Shown here one piece after another: positions 17,662 to 27,910 of a DNA stretch of 39,278 nucleotides (position 1 is the stretch's first letter; every line of letters begins with the position of its first letter). The stretch comes from a virus (lineage: Duplodnaviria > Heunggongvirae > Uroviricota > Caudoviricetes). Where the stretch lies: IMG/VR virus record IMGVR_UViG_2690316285_000009; one strand, 5' to 3'. A program made the position numbers and the translations under genes. Under the pieces are notes generated by a model that did no database searches, had not been told where the DNA came from, and saw only the letters and a list, made by a program, of their open reading frames with translations.

Positions 17662-18077
17662 ATAAAGCCCTTCTGGTTGCGCCCGAACACCGCCGCATCA
17701 GACTGCACCTGCGGTAAATCCCCGGATTCAGGGGCCGCACCGTCTGTATCCACGCCGACCGGCACGTTACCGTTCATGACATCTTTCAGCCAGGCCAGCG
17801 CCTCACGGTAACGGTCACGCGCCTGATCGGATGCCCGCTGATCGCACAGGTAATAAAAGGCAATCGTGCAGCAATGCTGAACAAGGACCGCCGGAACCAC
17901 CGCCAGCGGCAGCGTGTAACGGGCAGACAGGTAACTGTCGATAAGGGCAGACGCGTCCGTCAGTGCCCGGTTCAGCTTGCGCGCGTCCGGCTCATCCGAA
18001 CGGGGCACGGCCAGTAATGGCCTGAGCAAATCCTCGCGGTAACGTGCCCGCATATCGGTTTCGGTGGCGTAATTCAT
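17658..18077 (-). CDS. Head-tail connector protein (Mu gp36-like)
   Basis: 139-aa product; start/stop overlap with neighbours. Confidence 0.5.
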   Translation of the reverse strand: MNYATETDMRARYREDLLRPLLAVPRSDEPDARKLNRALTDASALIDSYLSARYTLPLAVVPAVLVQHCCTIAFYYLCDQRASDQARDRYREALAWLKDVMNGNVPVGVDTDGAAPESGDLPQVQSDAAVFGRNQKGFI

Positions 18078-18427
18078 GCGCGAGCCTTTTTCGCCTGTCT
18101 GGCGTTATTGCCGGTCTTTTTCCGGGGAGCATCCTGTCCGGCTTCGGCTAAATCTGCACCGGTCTCTGCATGAACCACACCCGCCACGGCTCCCGCATCA
18201 TCACCAGGCGTCTGTAGTATTCGTACAGTGAGGCATGGCTCCGCTTCCAGTCGGGCAAGCTGCTCCGGGGTGACGTCAACCTGCTGGCGTCCCCGCATGA
18301 ACAGGAACCCCGCACGACGAAACTGCGCACGACTGCAACGCACTTCTGCCAGTACCGTGACAGGACTGTCACCACTGACCTGAAGGCCTGAATCATCTGT
18401 TGCTGCCACAGTGTGATGTTCATTCAT
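18074..18427 (-). CDS. Hypothetical head-region protein (Mu gp35-like)
   Basis: 117-aa product directly downstream of the major head gene. Confidence 0.45.
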   Translation of the reverse strand: MNEHHTVAATDDSGLQVSGDSPVTVLAEVRCSRAQFRRAGFLFMRGRQQVDVTPEQLARLEAEPCLTVRILQTPGDDAGAVAGVVHAETGADLAEAGQDAPRKKTGNNARQAKKARA

Positions 18428-18470
18428 ATTTGCCCTCCGCAGGGGCCGGGCCGTAAGCCCGGCTCACCGT

Positions 18471-19418
18471 TTACAGATAATCCGCGACAACCAGCTCCAG
18501 CTTGCCCTTCATCTCGTTAGAGACGGTGGTGTTACCGTCCGCGAACAGCTCGCGCTCCAGCAGCTGCACCGCCTGTTTTTCCAGCGAGGTGGGGACAACA
18601 ATATGGGTGGGTTTGATGCCGAGTTTGCGGCCACCGTCAGCCTTAAAGTCACGCATGGCTGACCAGCCGTGCCACAGCGCATCCAGCGTCAGCGGTGACT
18701 GCATCATGTAGGCCATCTGCCAGAAGCCGTAGCCCACATTGCGACGGGCGGAAGCACCGAACACAAACTCGTTATCAGTAAACGCACGGCCTTCATCGAC
18801 TTTTGTCTGGGCAACCAGTTCGGCCTTGCGGCGATCCTGATAAATCAGCGGTTTTACCGCGCGGGAGCAGTCAAGCAGATACCAGGCCGGGCCGCTGTAA
18901 TCCGCCTGTGCACCGACAGAGCCGGTTTTTGCCACAAACATATTGCTGACCATCTGTGCATCACCGGAGCCATCCACTTTGGGGTAAACAGGGTGTTCGG
19001 TATCAAAGAAGTTCTGGCCGTCATAGCAGGCCGCATTCAGACCATCACGCAGTGCAGCAAAGACCAGTTCATCCGGTTGTGCCGCCGCAGCGCGCCCCAT
19101 CTCCTGGAACAACGGGGAGTAGATGCCAAGATTGTCGTCTTCAAAGTCATCGCGGCTAATGGCAACGGTGCCTTCAAAGGTTTTGTTCACGATGGCGTAG
19201 CCATAGGCTTTCATCTTCTCGATGACGCGGGAGCCGATCCACTCACGGAACTGCGGGAACTGCCCCAGCCAGCCGTAGGTGTTGGATTTCGACGTGGACG
19301 GTACGGTCATCGCAATTTTCTGGTACTGAGACGGAGCCATGGACATCCCGGCCTGAAAATCAGAACGGTAGCCCGTCATCAGGGCGGTGATCATCGCCGG
19401 TGTGATCGGGGTAGGCAT
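18471..19418 (-). CDS. Major head (capsid) protein, Mu T-like
   Basis: 315-aa product downstream of the I-like protease/scaffold gene; Mu-type head module order. Confidence 0.85.
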   Translation of the reverse strand: MPTPITPAMITALMTGYRSDFQAGMSMAPSQYQKIAMTVPSTSKSNTYGWLGQFPQFREWIGSRVIEKMKAYGYAIVNKTFEGTVAISRDDFEDDNLGIYSPLFQEMGRAAAAQPDELVFAALRDGLNAACYDGQNFFDTEHPVYPKVDGSGDAQMVSNMFVAKTGSVGAQADYSGPAWYLLDCSRAVKPLIYQDRRKAELVAQTKVDEGRAFTDNEFVFGASARRNVGYGFWQMAYMMQSPLTLDALWHGWSAMRDFKADGGRKLGIKPTHIVVPTSLEKQAVQLLERELFADGNTTVSNEMKGKLELVVADYL

Positions 19419-20542
19419 TATTGCATTTCCTCTTTCATTTTCAGGAACTCGGCTTCGGTTTTACCCAGCAGATGGGCGGCGGCGATATCTTCAGCCGACA
19501 GCGCAGCGGTGGCGGTCTTTTTATCCGGCACGGTTACGGTGTCGGTCTGAAGAGTGGTCAGAGCCGCAACCGGCTGGCGGGCGTCAAGCTGTGCAGAAAG
19601 TGCCGCAACACCAATCTGTTGTCCGAGTCCTTCCATGTATCCGCGTTCGCTTTTGAAAATGCGTCCTTCGGACTCGGCCTTATCCAGCAACTGCTCCAGC
19701 GTGGTGCTGCCGTGTTGTGCCGACAACGCGACATATTCGGTACGCAGGGCGTTATACGTCTCAACGGGCACGTATTTCGTCAGATCAATAGTGCCGCCAG
19801 TTGGTGTGCCTTTTGCGGTTTCCAGCTCTGCCGACAGGCTGGCAACCTGCGTTTTCAGGGTGTCGTGCGCATCCGCACGGGTTTTGATCCCGGTAAGGGC
19901 AGACAGCGCCGCCGTGCCCAGTTCCGGTGTAAATTCGTCACCGTCGGCCACGGTCAGACCGAGCGCCGTCAGCAACTGGCGTAATTGCTCATTCATGGAG
20001 GTGTCCTTTAAAGGAGGGTTTAAGGCGTTATAAAGGTCATCCGCCGACAGTGCGGCGACAGGATTCATGCCAGTCAGACCGGGGTCACCGGTAATAGCCA
20101 GCATCCGAAGCTCAACAGGTTCACCGGTGATTTCGTCATAACCAATCACCGGGGAAAACCAGGGAAATTCGTTATTGCGCAGGTGTTCAATGGCCGGAGG
20201 GTTCCAGTCCGGACGCACTTCAAAACCCCGCTCTTCACTGAAGCGGAAGTTTTCCGGTGAGGCCATGACAAAACCGGCAGCCGGTGCCGGATGCCCCTTA
20301 ATCAGGGTCTGGTGGTTGTAGTCAATTTTTACCGGCTGATTGAGCGCCACAACCCGGGATACCATGCGCTCAACGGCCGCATGGTTAATCAGCCAGCCTT
20401 CCGCCGGTTTTTCCGGGCGACCGTCACGGGCCTTTACCCGACCGGCTGGCATGATCTGACACCAGTCACCGTCCCCGTCTGCGGACAGGCTGATGGCATT
20501 CAGAATGGCATAAGCAAGTTTGGGCGTGTTTTTCGTCTTCAT
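19418..20542 (-). CDS. Head maturation protease / scaffold, Mu I-like
   Basis: 374-aa product immediately upstream of the major head gene; preceded by a 180-bp intergenic region consistent with a late promoter. Confidence 0.75.
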   Translation of the reverse strand: MKTKNTPKLAYAILNAISLSADGDGDWCQIMPAGRVKARDGRPEKPAEGWLINHAAVERMVSRVVALNQPVKIDYNHQTLIKGHPAPAAGFVMASPENFRFSEERGFEVRPDWNPPAIEHLRNNEFPWFSPVIGYDEITGEPVELRMLAITGDPGLTGMNPVAALSADDLYNALNPPLKDTSMNEQLRQLLTALGLTVADGDEFTPELGTAALSALTGIKTRADAHDTLKTQVASLSAELETAKGTPTGGTIDLTKYVPVETYNALRTEYVALSAQHGSTTLEQLLDKAESEGRIFKSERGYMEGLGQQIGVAALSAQLDARQPVAALTTLQTDTVTVPDKKTATAALSAEDIAAAHLLGKTEAEFLKMKEEMQ

Positions 20543-20719
20543 TCCGGCAGCATAAGCCGGTGTTTTTCGGGGCCGGTTTTGCGGGACTTCAGAAAGTGCT
20601 GACAGGGGAAAAATGAGAAAGGCGCTTCACGCAGATTTTAAAGCCCGTTAAATACAGGTTAGAAAATCACGACACGCGCCTGAAGAGGGTAAGGTAATGC
20701 GTTTGTATACCTTAAACCA

Positions 20720-21193
20720 TTACGGCGTTTCTGTGGCCTTTTTAAAGCGTTTTCTGATTTCGTCCATGATCTCCTGTTCTGCCACCTGATCAAAGCCCAT
20801 ATACGGACGTGCGCCAATGGCCGCCGGTCCCGGTGGCATACCAGGCAGGCCACCCCACTGATGAATGGCCGCATAAGGTTCATTTGATCCAATCAGCGCC
20901 CAGGTATCGCCATAATCCGTGGTCAGGCGGCGGGCCAGATCGCCGTTCAGTGTCAGGATTTTGCCGGGCGTGTATCCCTTACGGGTACGCCACTTGCGGT
21001 AAGGAGCTGACCAGTCATGCCAGCGTTCGCCGTCCGGCTCTTTTTCCTGTTCAAACGCCATTTCTGACGATGACAGAAGACTCTCCGCCACACTGCGGGC
21101 CAGGTCTTTTCCGCCGCCCACAAACTGAAGCCGGGCAAACACCCGCTGGAGACGCGTAACGTCAACAACGACAGCGGCATCAATGGATGACAT
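20720..21193 (-). CDS. Virion morphogenesis protein, Mu G-like
   Basis: 157-aa product between F-like and I-like genes. Confidence 0.6.
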   Translation of the reverse strand: MSSIDAAVVVDVTRLQRVFARLQFVGGGKDLARSVAESLLSSSEMAFEQEKEPDGERWHDWSAPYRKWRTRKGYTPGKILTLNGDLARRLTTDYGDTWALIGSNEPYAAIHQWGGLPGMPPGPAAIGARPYMGFDQVAEQEIMDEIRKRFKKATETP

Positions 21194-21314
21194 ATTGCCT
21201 CCGCATAAAGGATGAATATAAAATAAACAGGCGGTCAGTGTACGCTTAACTGGTAAAGTCGGTGCCTGCCTCCGGGTGGATCATGTATGCGGGTTCGACC
21301 CCCGCCACTGACCG

Positions 21315-22646
21315 TTAATCAATTTGTCCTTCCAGCACCTCAAGCATTCCGCCCCGGATATCCGATTTCAGCTTATCCATATTGATAACCCGGTAAGCAT
21401 TCACAATCACATCCAGTTTGTCGGGCTGACGTTTCAGACTGTACGGTGCATTAACGGCAATCTGCACACTGCCATCCTTATTTTCCACGATATACATCAG
21501 ATTTTTGTGCCGTTTGTCCCACAGCACCGCTTTTGGCTTTGCCAGCATTGCCGGTAAGCGCCCGAAGTCCTCTGGCATCAGGGCGATGCCGTCATTCTGA
21601 TGTTTCACACTGTCTGCATGGAGCACATTTTTACCGCTCATCGCCAGCAGGCGGGCCGGTGGCGTTCCCGTCCGGCTTTCCACTGCCTGCGCAATGCTTT
21701 CAGTCATAAAGCCCAGCGTGCGGATATCGTTACCACCTCGCCGGGTCTGCATGATGTTTTTTGCCCAGATGCGGAACGCCAGCTGCCGCTCCGGGCTGTT
21801 GTTCATCTCCTGAACCACCATTTCCCGTAACGCCGGGCTTTTCACCTCGATCAGTTTGCGGATCAGCGCCTGGTCTGTGCCGAACGCTGCCGAGCCGGGG
21901 TTATATGACCAGCCCACATCCGGTGTCATGGTTCTGGTGCCATCTGAATATGTGGTCACCGGCATTTCTCTGACTTCTCCGGTCTGTTTATCCACGCCAG
22001 CCTCAACATTGCGGGTGGAGAGATGATCCTCACCGGATGAAACGGATAACCCCATTGCATCCAGACGAGCCTGAGACAATGGCCGCACACGGCAGCGGCA
22101 GTTCCAGCCATTAGGTGGGTAGTGTGTTTTCCAGAACGGATCGTCATAGCGGAATACCAGACCGTTAAGGGCGGAATGCGACGGGCGGGTACGGCTGTCC
22201 ATGACCGCCACATACTGCCAGAACGGATGCGTGTCCGTGTTGTTCATCATCTGCGTGTAACGCCCGGCATTGTAAGCCATACGGGTGTTCACGTTGTAAA
22301 TCAGCGCCAGACGACGGGGACTGCCCAGTTGCACTTCTTCCGCGTTACCGTCGCTGTCCACCACAATCTGCTTTCCCCACCATCCCAGCTTTTGCAGGCG
22401 TGGCGTCAGCGTGCGGATAAATGCTTTCTGTGAAATTCCCTCATCAATGGCCCGCTGCACTTCGGCCTGTAACGTGGTCACCACATCCAGGCGTGCCGCT
22501 TTTGCTGCCGTGAATGAGCGGGCATGAACATCCGCGGCTGTTTCGAACCAGTTCCAGCTGATATGCGCCCCTTTGACACGGAAGTATGCTACCGCCTCTT
22601 TTGAGGGAAGCGTGGCGGCATAACCTAAATCAATCCCCTGTGTCAT
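21315..22646 (-). CDS. Head morphogenesis protein, Mu F-like
   Basis: 443-aa product directly downstream of the portal gene. Confidence 0.8.
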   Translation of the reverse strand: MTQGIDLGYAATLPSKEAVAYFRVKGAHISWNWFETAADVHARSFTAAKAARLDVVTTLQAEVQRAIDEGISQKAFIRTLTPRLQKLGWWGKQIVVDSDGNAEEVQLGSPRRLALIYNVNTRMAYNAGRYTQMMNNTDTHPFWQYVAVMDSRTRPSHSALNGLVFRYDDPFWKTHYPPNGWNCRCRVRPLSQARLDAMGLSVSSGEDHLSTRNVEAGVDKQTGEVREMPVTTYSDGTRTMTPDVGWSYNPGSAAFGTDQALIRKLIEVKSPALREMVVQEMNNSPERQLAFRIWAKNIMQTRRGGNDIRTLGFMTESIAQAVESRTGTPPARLLAMSGKNVLHADSVKHQNDGIALMPEDFGRLPAMLAKPKAVLWDKRHKNLMYIVENKDGSVQIAVNAPYSLKRQPDKLDVIVNAYRVINMDKLKSDIRGGMLEVLEGQID

Positions 22647-24219
22647 CCAGCATCCCCTTCATTTCCGCAGCAAACATGGCATCACTGAGCAGCGTCATCA
22701 GGCGGGAATCATCCATTTCACGATAAAGGGCAGGCAGGTCTGCCAGCGCATCCGCCAGCCCCCGCGTTCTGATGGCATCAATGACCGGCTCCAGTACCGG
22801 GTCGATGGCCTCCTGTAAGCGGCGGGCAGGCACCGCGTCCCCCATATCATCCAGTTCATCACGCGGCGTGCTTTTCGCTTCCGGCAGTCTGGCTGACAGC
22901 GCCGTCTGCTCTGTTTTTTCCTGTTTTTCCGGTGGTGTTTCCCTGTCGGTCTGAGCCGGTTCATTGCCACTCTGACGGACACGGAATATGGCTTCACCGG
23001 GCGTGGGCTGCGGAATACCGGTCTGCTCCCGTATCCAGGGATCAGAAATATCCATCCCCGTACTGAGCTGCATCACCGCACTGGTGATTTTGGTGATATC
23101 ACCTGGTTCTTTGGTCTGGAAGCAGATACGTGGCAGACGGCGGATATCAATAGTGTGCGTGGTGTTCAGGGCGTACAGCGGATACACCAGATCGCGGTTC
23201 AGGGTTGCAGCCAGCTGCCGTAAATCAGAATCCCTGATTTCCCGGCGCACCTCGTTATGCACCTCACCCAGCGAGCGCGCGCCTTTGTCTCCGGCTTCCG
23301 TGGTCAGCGTGCCGCCGAGTATTGCTTTGGAGATGGAACGCTCCCCCCACGAAATCATGGTTTCAAATGGATCGGCCTGACCGTTTGCTGCCGCCTGAAA
23401 TTCCAGCGACATCCCGGCCGGGATGATCCCGCCTGTACGTCGCCCGATATCCATCACCGCCCGCATCAGGGCGCTTTTCTGCTCCGGTGTTGCCCCGGAC
23501 GGGTATTTCCCGACCTTCATCGGCAGTCCGTACACCTCCAGAAATTCGGCCAGATCGCGCACGGAATAGTTTTTGAAAATGAACGGCCAGATAAGCGTCC
23601 TGACAAGCCCCGTTGCGCCACCGTAACCGGTCCGTGAACGTGACTGATGCACTATCCAGCCAAAAGGCTGAAACGCCACCCCGGCATGGCTGCCGTCACG
23701 CAGCCGCAGTTCGCTCAAATCATCCGGGTTAAGGCAGAAATGCCCGCTGTCACGCCAGCGGATGGCGCGGATGATGTGCATTTTACCGAGCATCCCGTGC
23801 TCAATTTCCATGCAGGAATAGCCCTTCAGGATGGCATCCGTGGCGTCAAACAGCATGGCATCAAACCAGTCTGCGGAATGCAGATATTCGTCGAGCATTT
23901 CCGCGTCCTTTTTCTCATTCGCGCTGGCGTTCGGTGGCGGCTCAATACTCCATGGCACCCCCTGAATGGCAAGACGTCGCTTGCCCAGCTCCGCAAAAAG
24001 GTGGGTGTCCTTTTCTTCAATATCAGCGGCCAGATCGGACTGGGCAATCAGATCGCCACGTTCAGCCCCGCGAAGGCACTGCGCCGCCCGGTTCGGGGTG
24101 ATACCCGAAGCCGGATGTTCAATATAACGGCTGGCAATCTGCGGAATATCCAGCGCGGCACTCTGCATCTCCGGGTCAAAGGAGAAAGGTTTTCCGTCAG
24201 TATCAATGATGCGTCCCAC
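22630..24219 (-). CDS. Portal protein (Mu H-like)
   Basis: 529-aa product directly downstream of the large terminase gene. Confidence 0.8.
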   Translation of the reverse strand: MGRIIDTDGKPFSFDPEMQSAALDIPQIASRYIEHPASGITPNRAAQCLRGAERGDLIAQSDLAADIEEKDTHLFAELGKRRLAIQGVPWSIEPPPNASANEKKDAEMLDEYLHSADWFDAMLFDATDAILKGYSCMEIEHGMLGKMHIIRAIRWRDSGHFCLNPDDLSELRLRDGSHAGVAFQPFGWIVHQSRSRTGYGGATGLVRTLIWPFIFKNYSVRDLAEFLEVYGLPMKVGKYPSGATPEQKSALMRAVMDIGRRTGGIIPAGMSLEFQAAANGQADPFETMISWGERSISKAILGGTLTTEAGDKGARSLGEVHNEVRREIRDSDLRQLAATLNRDLVYPLYALNTTHTIDIRRLPRICFQTKEPGDITKITSAVMQLSTGMDISDPWIREQTGIPQPTPGEAIFRVRQSGNEPAQTDRETPPEKQEKTEQTALSARLPEAKSTPRDELDDMGDAVPARRLQEAIDPVLEPVIDAIRTRGLADALADLPALYREMDDSRLMTLLSDAMFAAEMKGMLDDTGD

Positions 24220-25886
24220 TACCAGCCCCCCCGATCAAATTCATGATATGCCTCATCGTCATCACGATAACCGCCCTCCATTGCCCGCGACCGCTCCGGT
24301 AGCGCCTGACAGGCTGATTCATCCAGGATGAAGCCCTCCATGTATGACGCCCGGTTTGCCATACAGAGCGCCACGGCAAAATCACCATGGCGGCGGGCGT
24401 TCGCAGCCGTTGCGTTCTGGTCCTTCGTGCGCCCCTTGTCGATTTGCGGGATACCATTCACTACCTTCACATGGCGCAAATCATCAAGCGTGGTCTGATG
24501 GCGGGCGACGAGGATATTCTGATCTTCAAACTCGGCTTTCAGTTTTGGCATCCACTCGCCGTACCACTTCGGCGACAACATCACGCAGTCGATGATATCC
24601 GGGCCAAAGGCCAGCAGTGCGGCCTCTGCCAGATAGCCGCCGTTACCGGTGGCGTCGAACGCCGCACCGACCAGCGCCGGAACGCGGGTCAGGATGTACA
24701 TCATCACCTGTTCCTGCTGGGCATACGGCAGGTTGCGCAGCTCCACGCGAAACACCTCGCGCTTTGCCAGGGATTCGGTGATTTCCAGCAGCATAAAGCA
24801 GGACAGGTCACCGGTGCGGGCAAAGTCTTCCCCGAAGCTGAAGCGGGAACGGGGATTTAATTTCTCTAAAAGCGGTTTTAAATGTTCTTCACACCAGGTT
24901 AAAACTTCCGATTCACGCAGCCATGCGGCACGGCTGATGAAGTTGTCCGGGGCTTCAAACGTCAGAATCGGGATGTCGCGGATCATCGCCATTTCAATAA
25001 GCGCGTGGGGGATATAGGCACCGCCGGATTTTTTCGGGATACAGCCGTATTCCTCGTCGGCATCCTCACGGGTCGGGGCGTTTTTGTAGAGATCATCACG
25101 CCATTTCTGCTCGCTTTCCGGTGACCATTCCTGATCGGTGACGTAACAGATACGACGGTACAGCCCGTCCGCAATGGCATCATCCAGGGTTATGCGGTGG
25201 ACGCTGTAATCCTTGCGCCCCTCGCGGGCTTCCTGAATGTACTGATTAAACAGATTATCGACGCCGTTATGCGTGGAGATAATACGCACGCGCGCGCCCC
25301 ACATAGTGAGCGCCATTGCCGCCTTGAGAAGCTCATCCAGTGACTCGTGGAACGCGGCTTCATCAATCACCACATCCCCCTGAAGGCCGCGCAGGTTTGA
25401 CGGACGGGAAGACAATGCCTGAATTTTGAATCCACTGTTCGGAAAGCGGATCATGTAGGTCAAAATTTCTTCTTTTTTATCCCGATCCCAGAATGTCTGC
25501 TCATACACATCAGCATCTGCCAGCTGGTTAAAGGCACGGGAGAACAGCGCGCAGGCAGAAATATATTCCAGCGCCATCTCCTGCTTTGATCCCACATAAA
25601 ACACATTGCGGCCACCACGACGCTTCGGTTTTGCAGCAGTAATGACGTTACGCCCGGCTTCCGCCCAGGTAAGACCGGTGCGGCGGGATTTCTCCGCGAT
25701 GCAGACCTGACTTTCATCTGCAAACCAGCGGGCCTGATAATCCAGAAACACCGGCATATCACCGGGCAAATCAAGGCTGTCCGGCACATCCACGCCCAGC
25801 AGGGCTTTTTCACCGGACAGATCAATTTTGCGGGGAGGCGTCATTTGCATCAGTGAAGGCGACGTTTCTCTGGCTTTGTTCATCAT
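24219..25886 (-). CDS. Terminase large subunit (Mu gp28-like)
   Basis: 555-aa product at the start of the head module, upstream of portal. Confidence 0.8.
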   Translation of the reverse strand: MMNKARETSPSLMQMTPPRKIDLSGEKALLGVDVPDSLDLPGDMPVFLDYQARWFADESQVCIAEKSRRTGLTWAEAGRNVITAAKPKRRGGRNVFYVGSKQEMALEYISACALFSRAFNQLADADVYEQTFWDRDKKEEILTYMIRFPNSGFKIQALSSRPSNLRGLQGDVVIDEAAFHESLDELLKAAMALTMWGARVRIISTHNGVDNLFNQYIQEAREGRKDYSVHRITLDDAIADGLYRRICYVTDQEWSPESEQKWRDDLYKNAPTREDADEEYGCIPKKSGGAYIPHALIEMAMIRDIPILTFEAPDNFISRAAWLRESEVLTWCEEHLKPLLEKLNPRSRFSFGEDFARTGDLSCFMLLEITESLAKREVFRVELRNLPYAQQEQVMMYILTRVPALVGAAFDATGNGGYLAEAALLAFGPDIIDCVMLSPKWYGEWMPKLKAEFEDQNILVARHQTTLDDLRHVKVVNGIPQIDKGRTKDQNATAANARRHGDFAVALCMANRASYMEGFILDESACQALPERSRAMEGGYRDDDEAYHEFDRGGW

Positions 25887-26131
25887 GCTTTACCTGTCAG
25901 AATGCTTTTGATTCGGGACTCAAGCTCTTCAGTCATCACGTCCACGCCGCTCAACTCATCAGTGGCAGCCTCTGCCAGCAGCGAATGCAGTTGTTCCAGG
26001 GATATTTCCCCGGCAATGCTGAGTTCAGTCAACTCACGACATACCTTTATGGTTTCAGGAGGTAACTGTGTTGCAAGACTGAATGCTTTCTGATGGGCAC
26101 TGCTCATCAGTGAGCGGTTATCTGTTGCCAT
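25883..26131 (-). CDS. Small protein sharing a C-terminal 30-aa motif with the adjacent gp27-like protein
   Basis: C-terminus ..AATDELSGVDVMTEELESRIKSILTGKA resembles ..ANAVTDELRGVDGMSEQIEFRIRQMLLGKA of the upstream gene; about 27 bp of near-identical DNA at both gene 3-prime ends. Confidence 0.5.
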   Translation of the reverse strand: MATDNRSLMSSAHQKAFSLATQLPPETIKVCRELTELSIAGEISLEQLHSLLAEAATDELSGVDVMTEELESRIKSILTGKA

Positions 26132-26141
26132 GATTCACCTC

Positions 26142-26723
26142 CTACGCCTTACCCAGCAGCATCTGCCTGATACGGAATTCGATCTGCTCGCTCATGCCAT
26201 CCACGCCGCGCAACTCATCGGTGACCGCATTCGCCATCTCTTCAGCAAATGCGGCCCGGATTTCTTTTTCACGCTTAATGCTGCGCTCGGCGGCACTTTC
26301 TGCACGCTGTGCCGACAGGAGGATGTCCTTAATAAGGCGCATATCCACATCGCTGTCGCTGTTCAGGGATTCGGTGGCGGCACGCAGACGGCGGTACATC
26401 AGGGCACGGGACATCTCCAGAATCAGTGCCGTGGTTTCACCGGTCGGCTTATCCCCCAGTTCGGCCATCATGGCTTTTGTCTGCTCGCGTAAATCACGCA
26501 GATTACGGGCAATCAGCTCATTACGGGAGGCTTCCCGGCTGATGGCCGCCGGTGAGAGCTGCTGCTCTTCCGGCAGACCTGCTTCACGGATCAGACGGTT
26601 GATTTCCTCGCGGATCTGGACCTGCGTCAGACGTTTTTCACGCAGCATTTCCAGCAGCGGCTTACGGATGCTGTCGGGGAGCAAATCCACCTTGCGTACA
26701 CGGCCACGCGTCGGCTTATCCAT
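26142..26723 (-). CDS. Mu gp27-like protein (putative small terminase / DNA-binding subunit)
   Basis: 193-aa basic N-terminus and coiled-coil body; position immediately upstream of terminase large subunit. Confidence 0.6.
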   Translation of the reverse strand: MDKPTRGRVRKVDLLPDSIRKPLLEMLREKRLTQVQIREEINRLIREAGLPEEQQLSPAAISREASRNELIARNLRDLREQTKAMMAELGDKPTGETTALILEMSRALMYRRLRAATESLNSDSDVDMRLIKDILLSAQRAESAAERSIKREKEIRAAFAEEMANAVTDELRGVDGMSEQIEFRIRQMLLGKA

Positions 26724-26725
26724 CG

Positions 26726-27016
26726 TTACCCCCTTGCGCGTGGTTTCTTCACACCCGGAACAGTGGCACGACCTTCCGCCACATCCTGACCCCGGCCGGT
26801 CAGTTCAGCGATGAAATAACCGTTAACAAGCGTGCGCTTACGCACCAGTCCCTGCTCAGCAAGCCAGGCAATGTGGGTGTGAACGGTGTCGCGGGACACG
26901 CGGTGGCCGTAATCATCCAGGCAGTCCTGAAGCACGGATTCGCCCAGTTCGCCGTTGTAATCCGCCAGCGACCGCAGAATGACAAGACGCTGATCTTCAG
27001 TAATGAAATCACTCAT
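26726..27016 (-). CDS. Mu gp26-like small protein (winged-helix-like)
   Basis: 96-aa product; conserved position. Confidence 0.45.
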   Translation of the reverse strand: MSDFITEDQRLVILRSLADYNGELGESVLQDCLDDYGHRVSRDTVHTHIAWLAEQGLVRKRTLVNGYFIAELTGRGQDVAEGRATVPGVKKPRARG

Positions 27017-27320
27017 TGTGTTTTTTCCTTACAGCCTGCTCCAGCAGCAGTTCGTTCTGGTGGGAGACGGATTTCAGGGTGGCATTGGTGGCCTTAAGCT
27101 CACCGCGCAGGGTGGTGATTTCGATATTGAGTCTGTTCACCTCCTGCTGCGTGGGCAGGCCGGAAATCCGGCTCTCCACCCGCTCAACCCGGTCGGAGAG
27201 TTTTTCAAAGGCCTCGCGGGGGACAAAGGTTTTGCGCATCAGCGCCATAAAGATCCCCCCGGCCGTGGCTGTTGCCGACAGGATCGGCACGACATAATCT
27301 TTAACGATGCTGACCCACAT
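27009..27320 (-). CDS. Small membrane protein, Mu gp25-like (lysis-associated; holin/releasin-like candidate)
   Basis: One predicted transmembrane helix (YVVPILSATATAGGIFMALM) followed by a coiled coil; sits in the lysis cassette. Confidence 0.5.
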   Translation of the reverse strand: MWVSIVKDYVVPILSATATAGGIFMALMRKTFVPREAFEKLSDRVERVESRISGLPTQQEVNRLNIEITTLRGELKATNATLKSVSHQNELLLEQAVRKKHNE

Positions 27321-27594
27321 GACCGGCCTCCATGATGCTCTGGCAGTTCACACAACGGATGGCATCCGGCACGGCAACCAGACGGGCGGCCGGAATGTCA
27401 CCCCCGCAGTCTGCGCATACACGCCTGCCCGGAGTCTCCTCCACCCGGCACTTACGTGTCAGCCGGTCACAAAGGGCGCGTTCTGTTGCCCGCTCCACGA
27501 CTGCCTGAGCACAATCTGAATCATCCATACCTTTTTCCTTACTTCGTCTTTCCTGCCGGAACAGCAGTCGTTCCGGCCATATCAGTAAATTCAT
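27301..27594 (-). CDS. TraR/DksA-family C4 zinc-finger protein
   Basis: CADCGGDIP...IRCVNCQ four-cysteine motif near the C-terminus. Confidence 0.75.
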   Translation of the reverse strand: MNLLIWPERLLFRQERRSKEKGMDDSDCAQAVVERATERALCDRLTRKCRVEETPGRRVCADCGGDIPAARLVAVPDAIRCVNCQSIMEAGHVGQHR

Positions 27595-27910
27595 GCTGTC
27601 GCTGTGCCTCCAGACGGCGGATGCTGGCCTTGTCCACGTTGCAGTTCTTAATCACCGCCAGCAGTTGCAGGTTGTAAGTGACCGATGCGCCAAACGTGAA
27701 CGGCTGCGGCACAGGAGGAACCAGACAGTCAGCCAGCCATTCAGCGGGGATCGGCACCGGCTTCACCGGCACGTATTTCACAGACGGCCCGCCGCACCCG
27801 GTCAGCCACATCATCAGGCACAGGAACAGAGGCCGCAGGCACCGTTGCCAGCGACCGGCGGACAATGCTCTGCTGTTCCTCGCTGTGCTGCATGTTCTGC
27901 TGTTTTTCAT
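27539..27910 (-). CDS. Rz1-like outer-membrane spanin lipoprotein, alternative frame overlapping the i-spanin gene (start uncertain)
   Basis: Hydrophobic stretch followed by lipobox LTGC, then a proline-rich segment (VKYVPVKPVPIPAEW). Confidence 0.45.
   Translation of the reverse strand: MKNSRTCSTARNSRALSAGRWQRCLRPLFLCLMMWLTGCGGPSVKYVPVKPVPIPAEWLADCLVPPVPQPFTFGASVTYNLQLLAVIKNCNVDKASIRRLEAQRQHEFTDMAGTTAVPAGKTK

Noticed and set aside
19421-20033. Plus-strand ORFs of 159-187 aa opposite the I-like protease/scaffold gene
   Set aside because: Antisense to a clearly identified head gene; Arg/Ser/Ala-rich low-complexity translations typical of GC-rich antisense frames.
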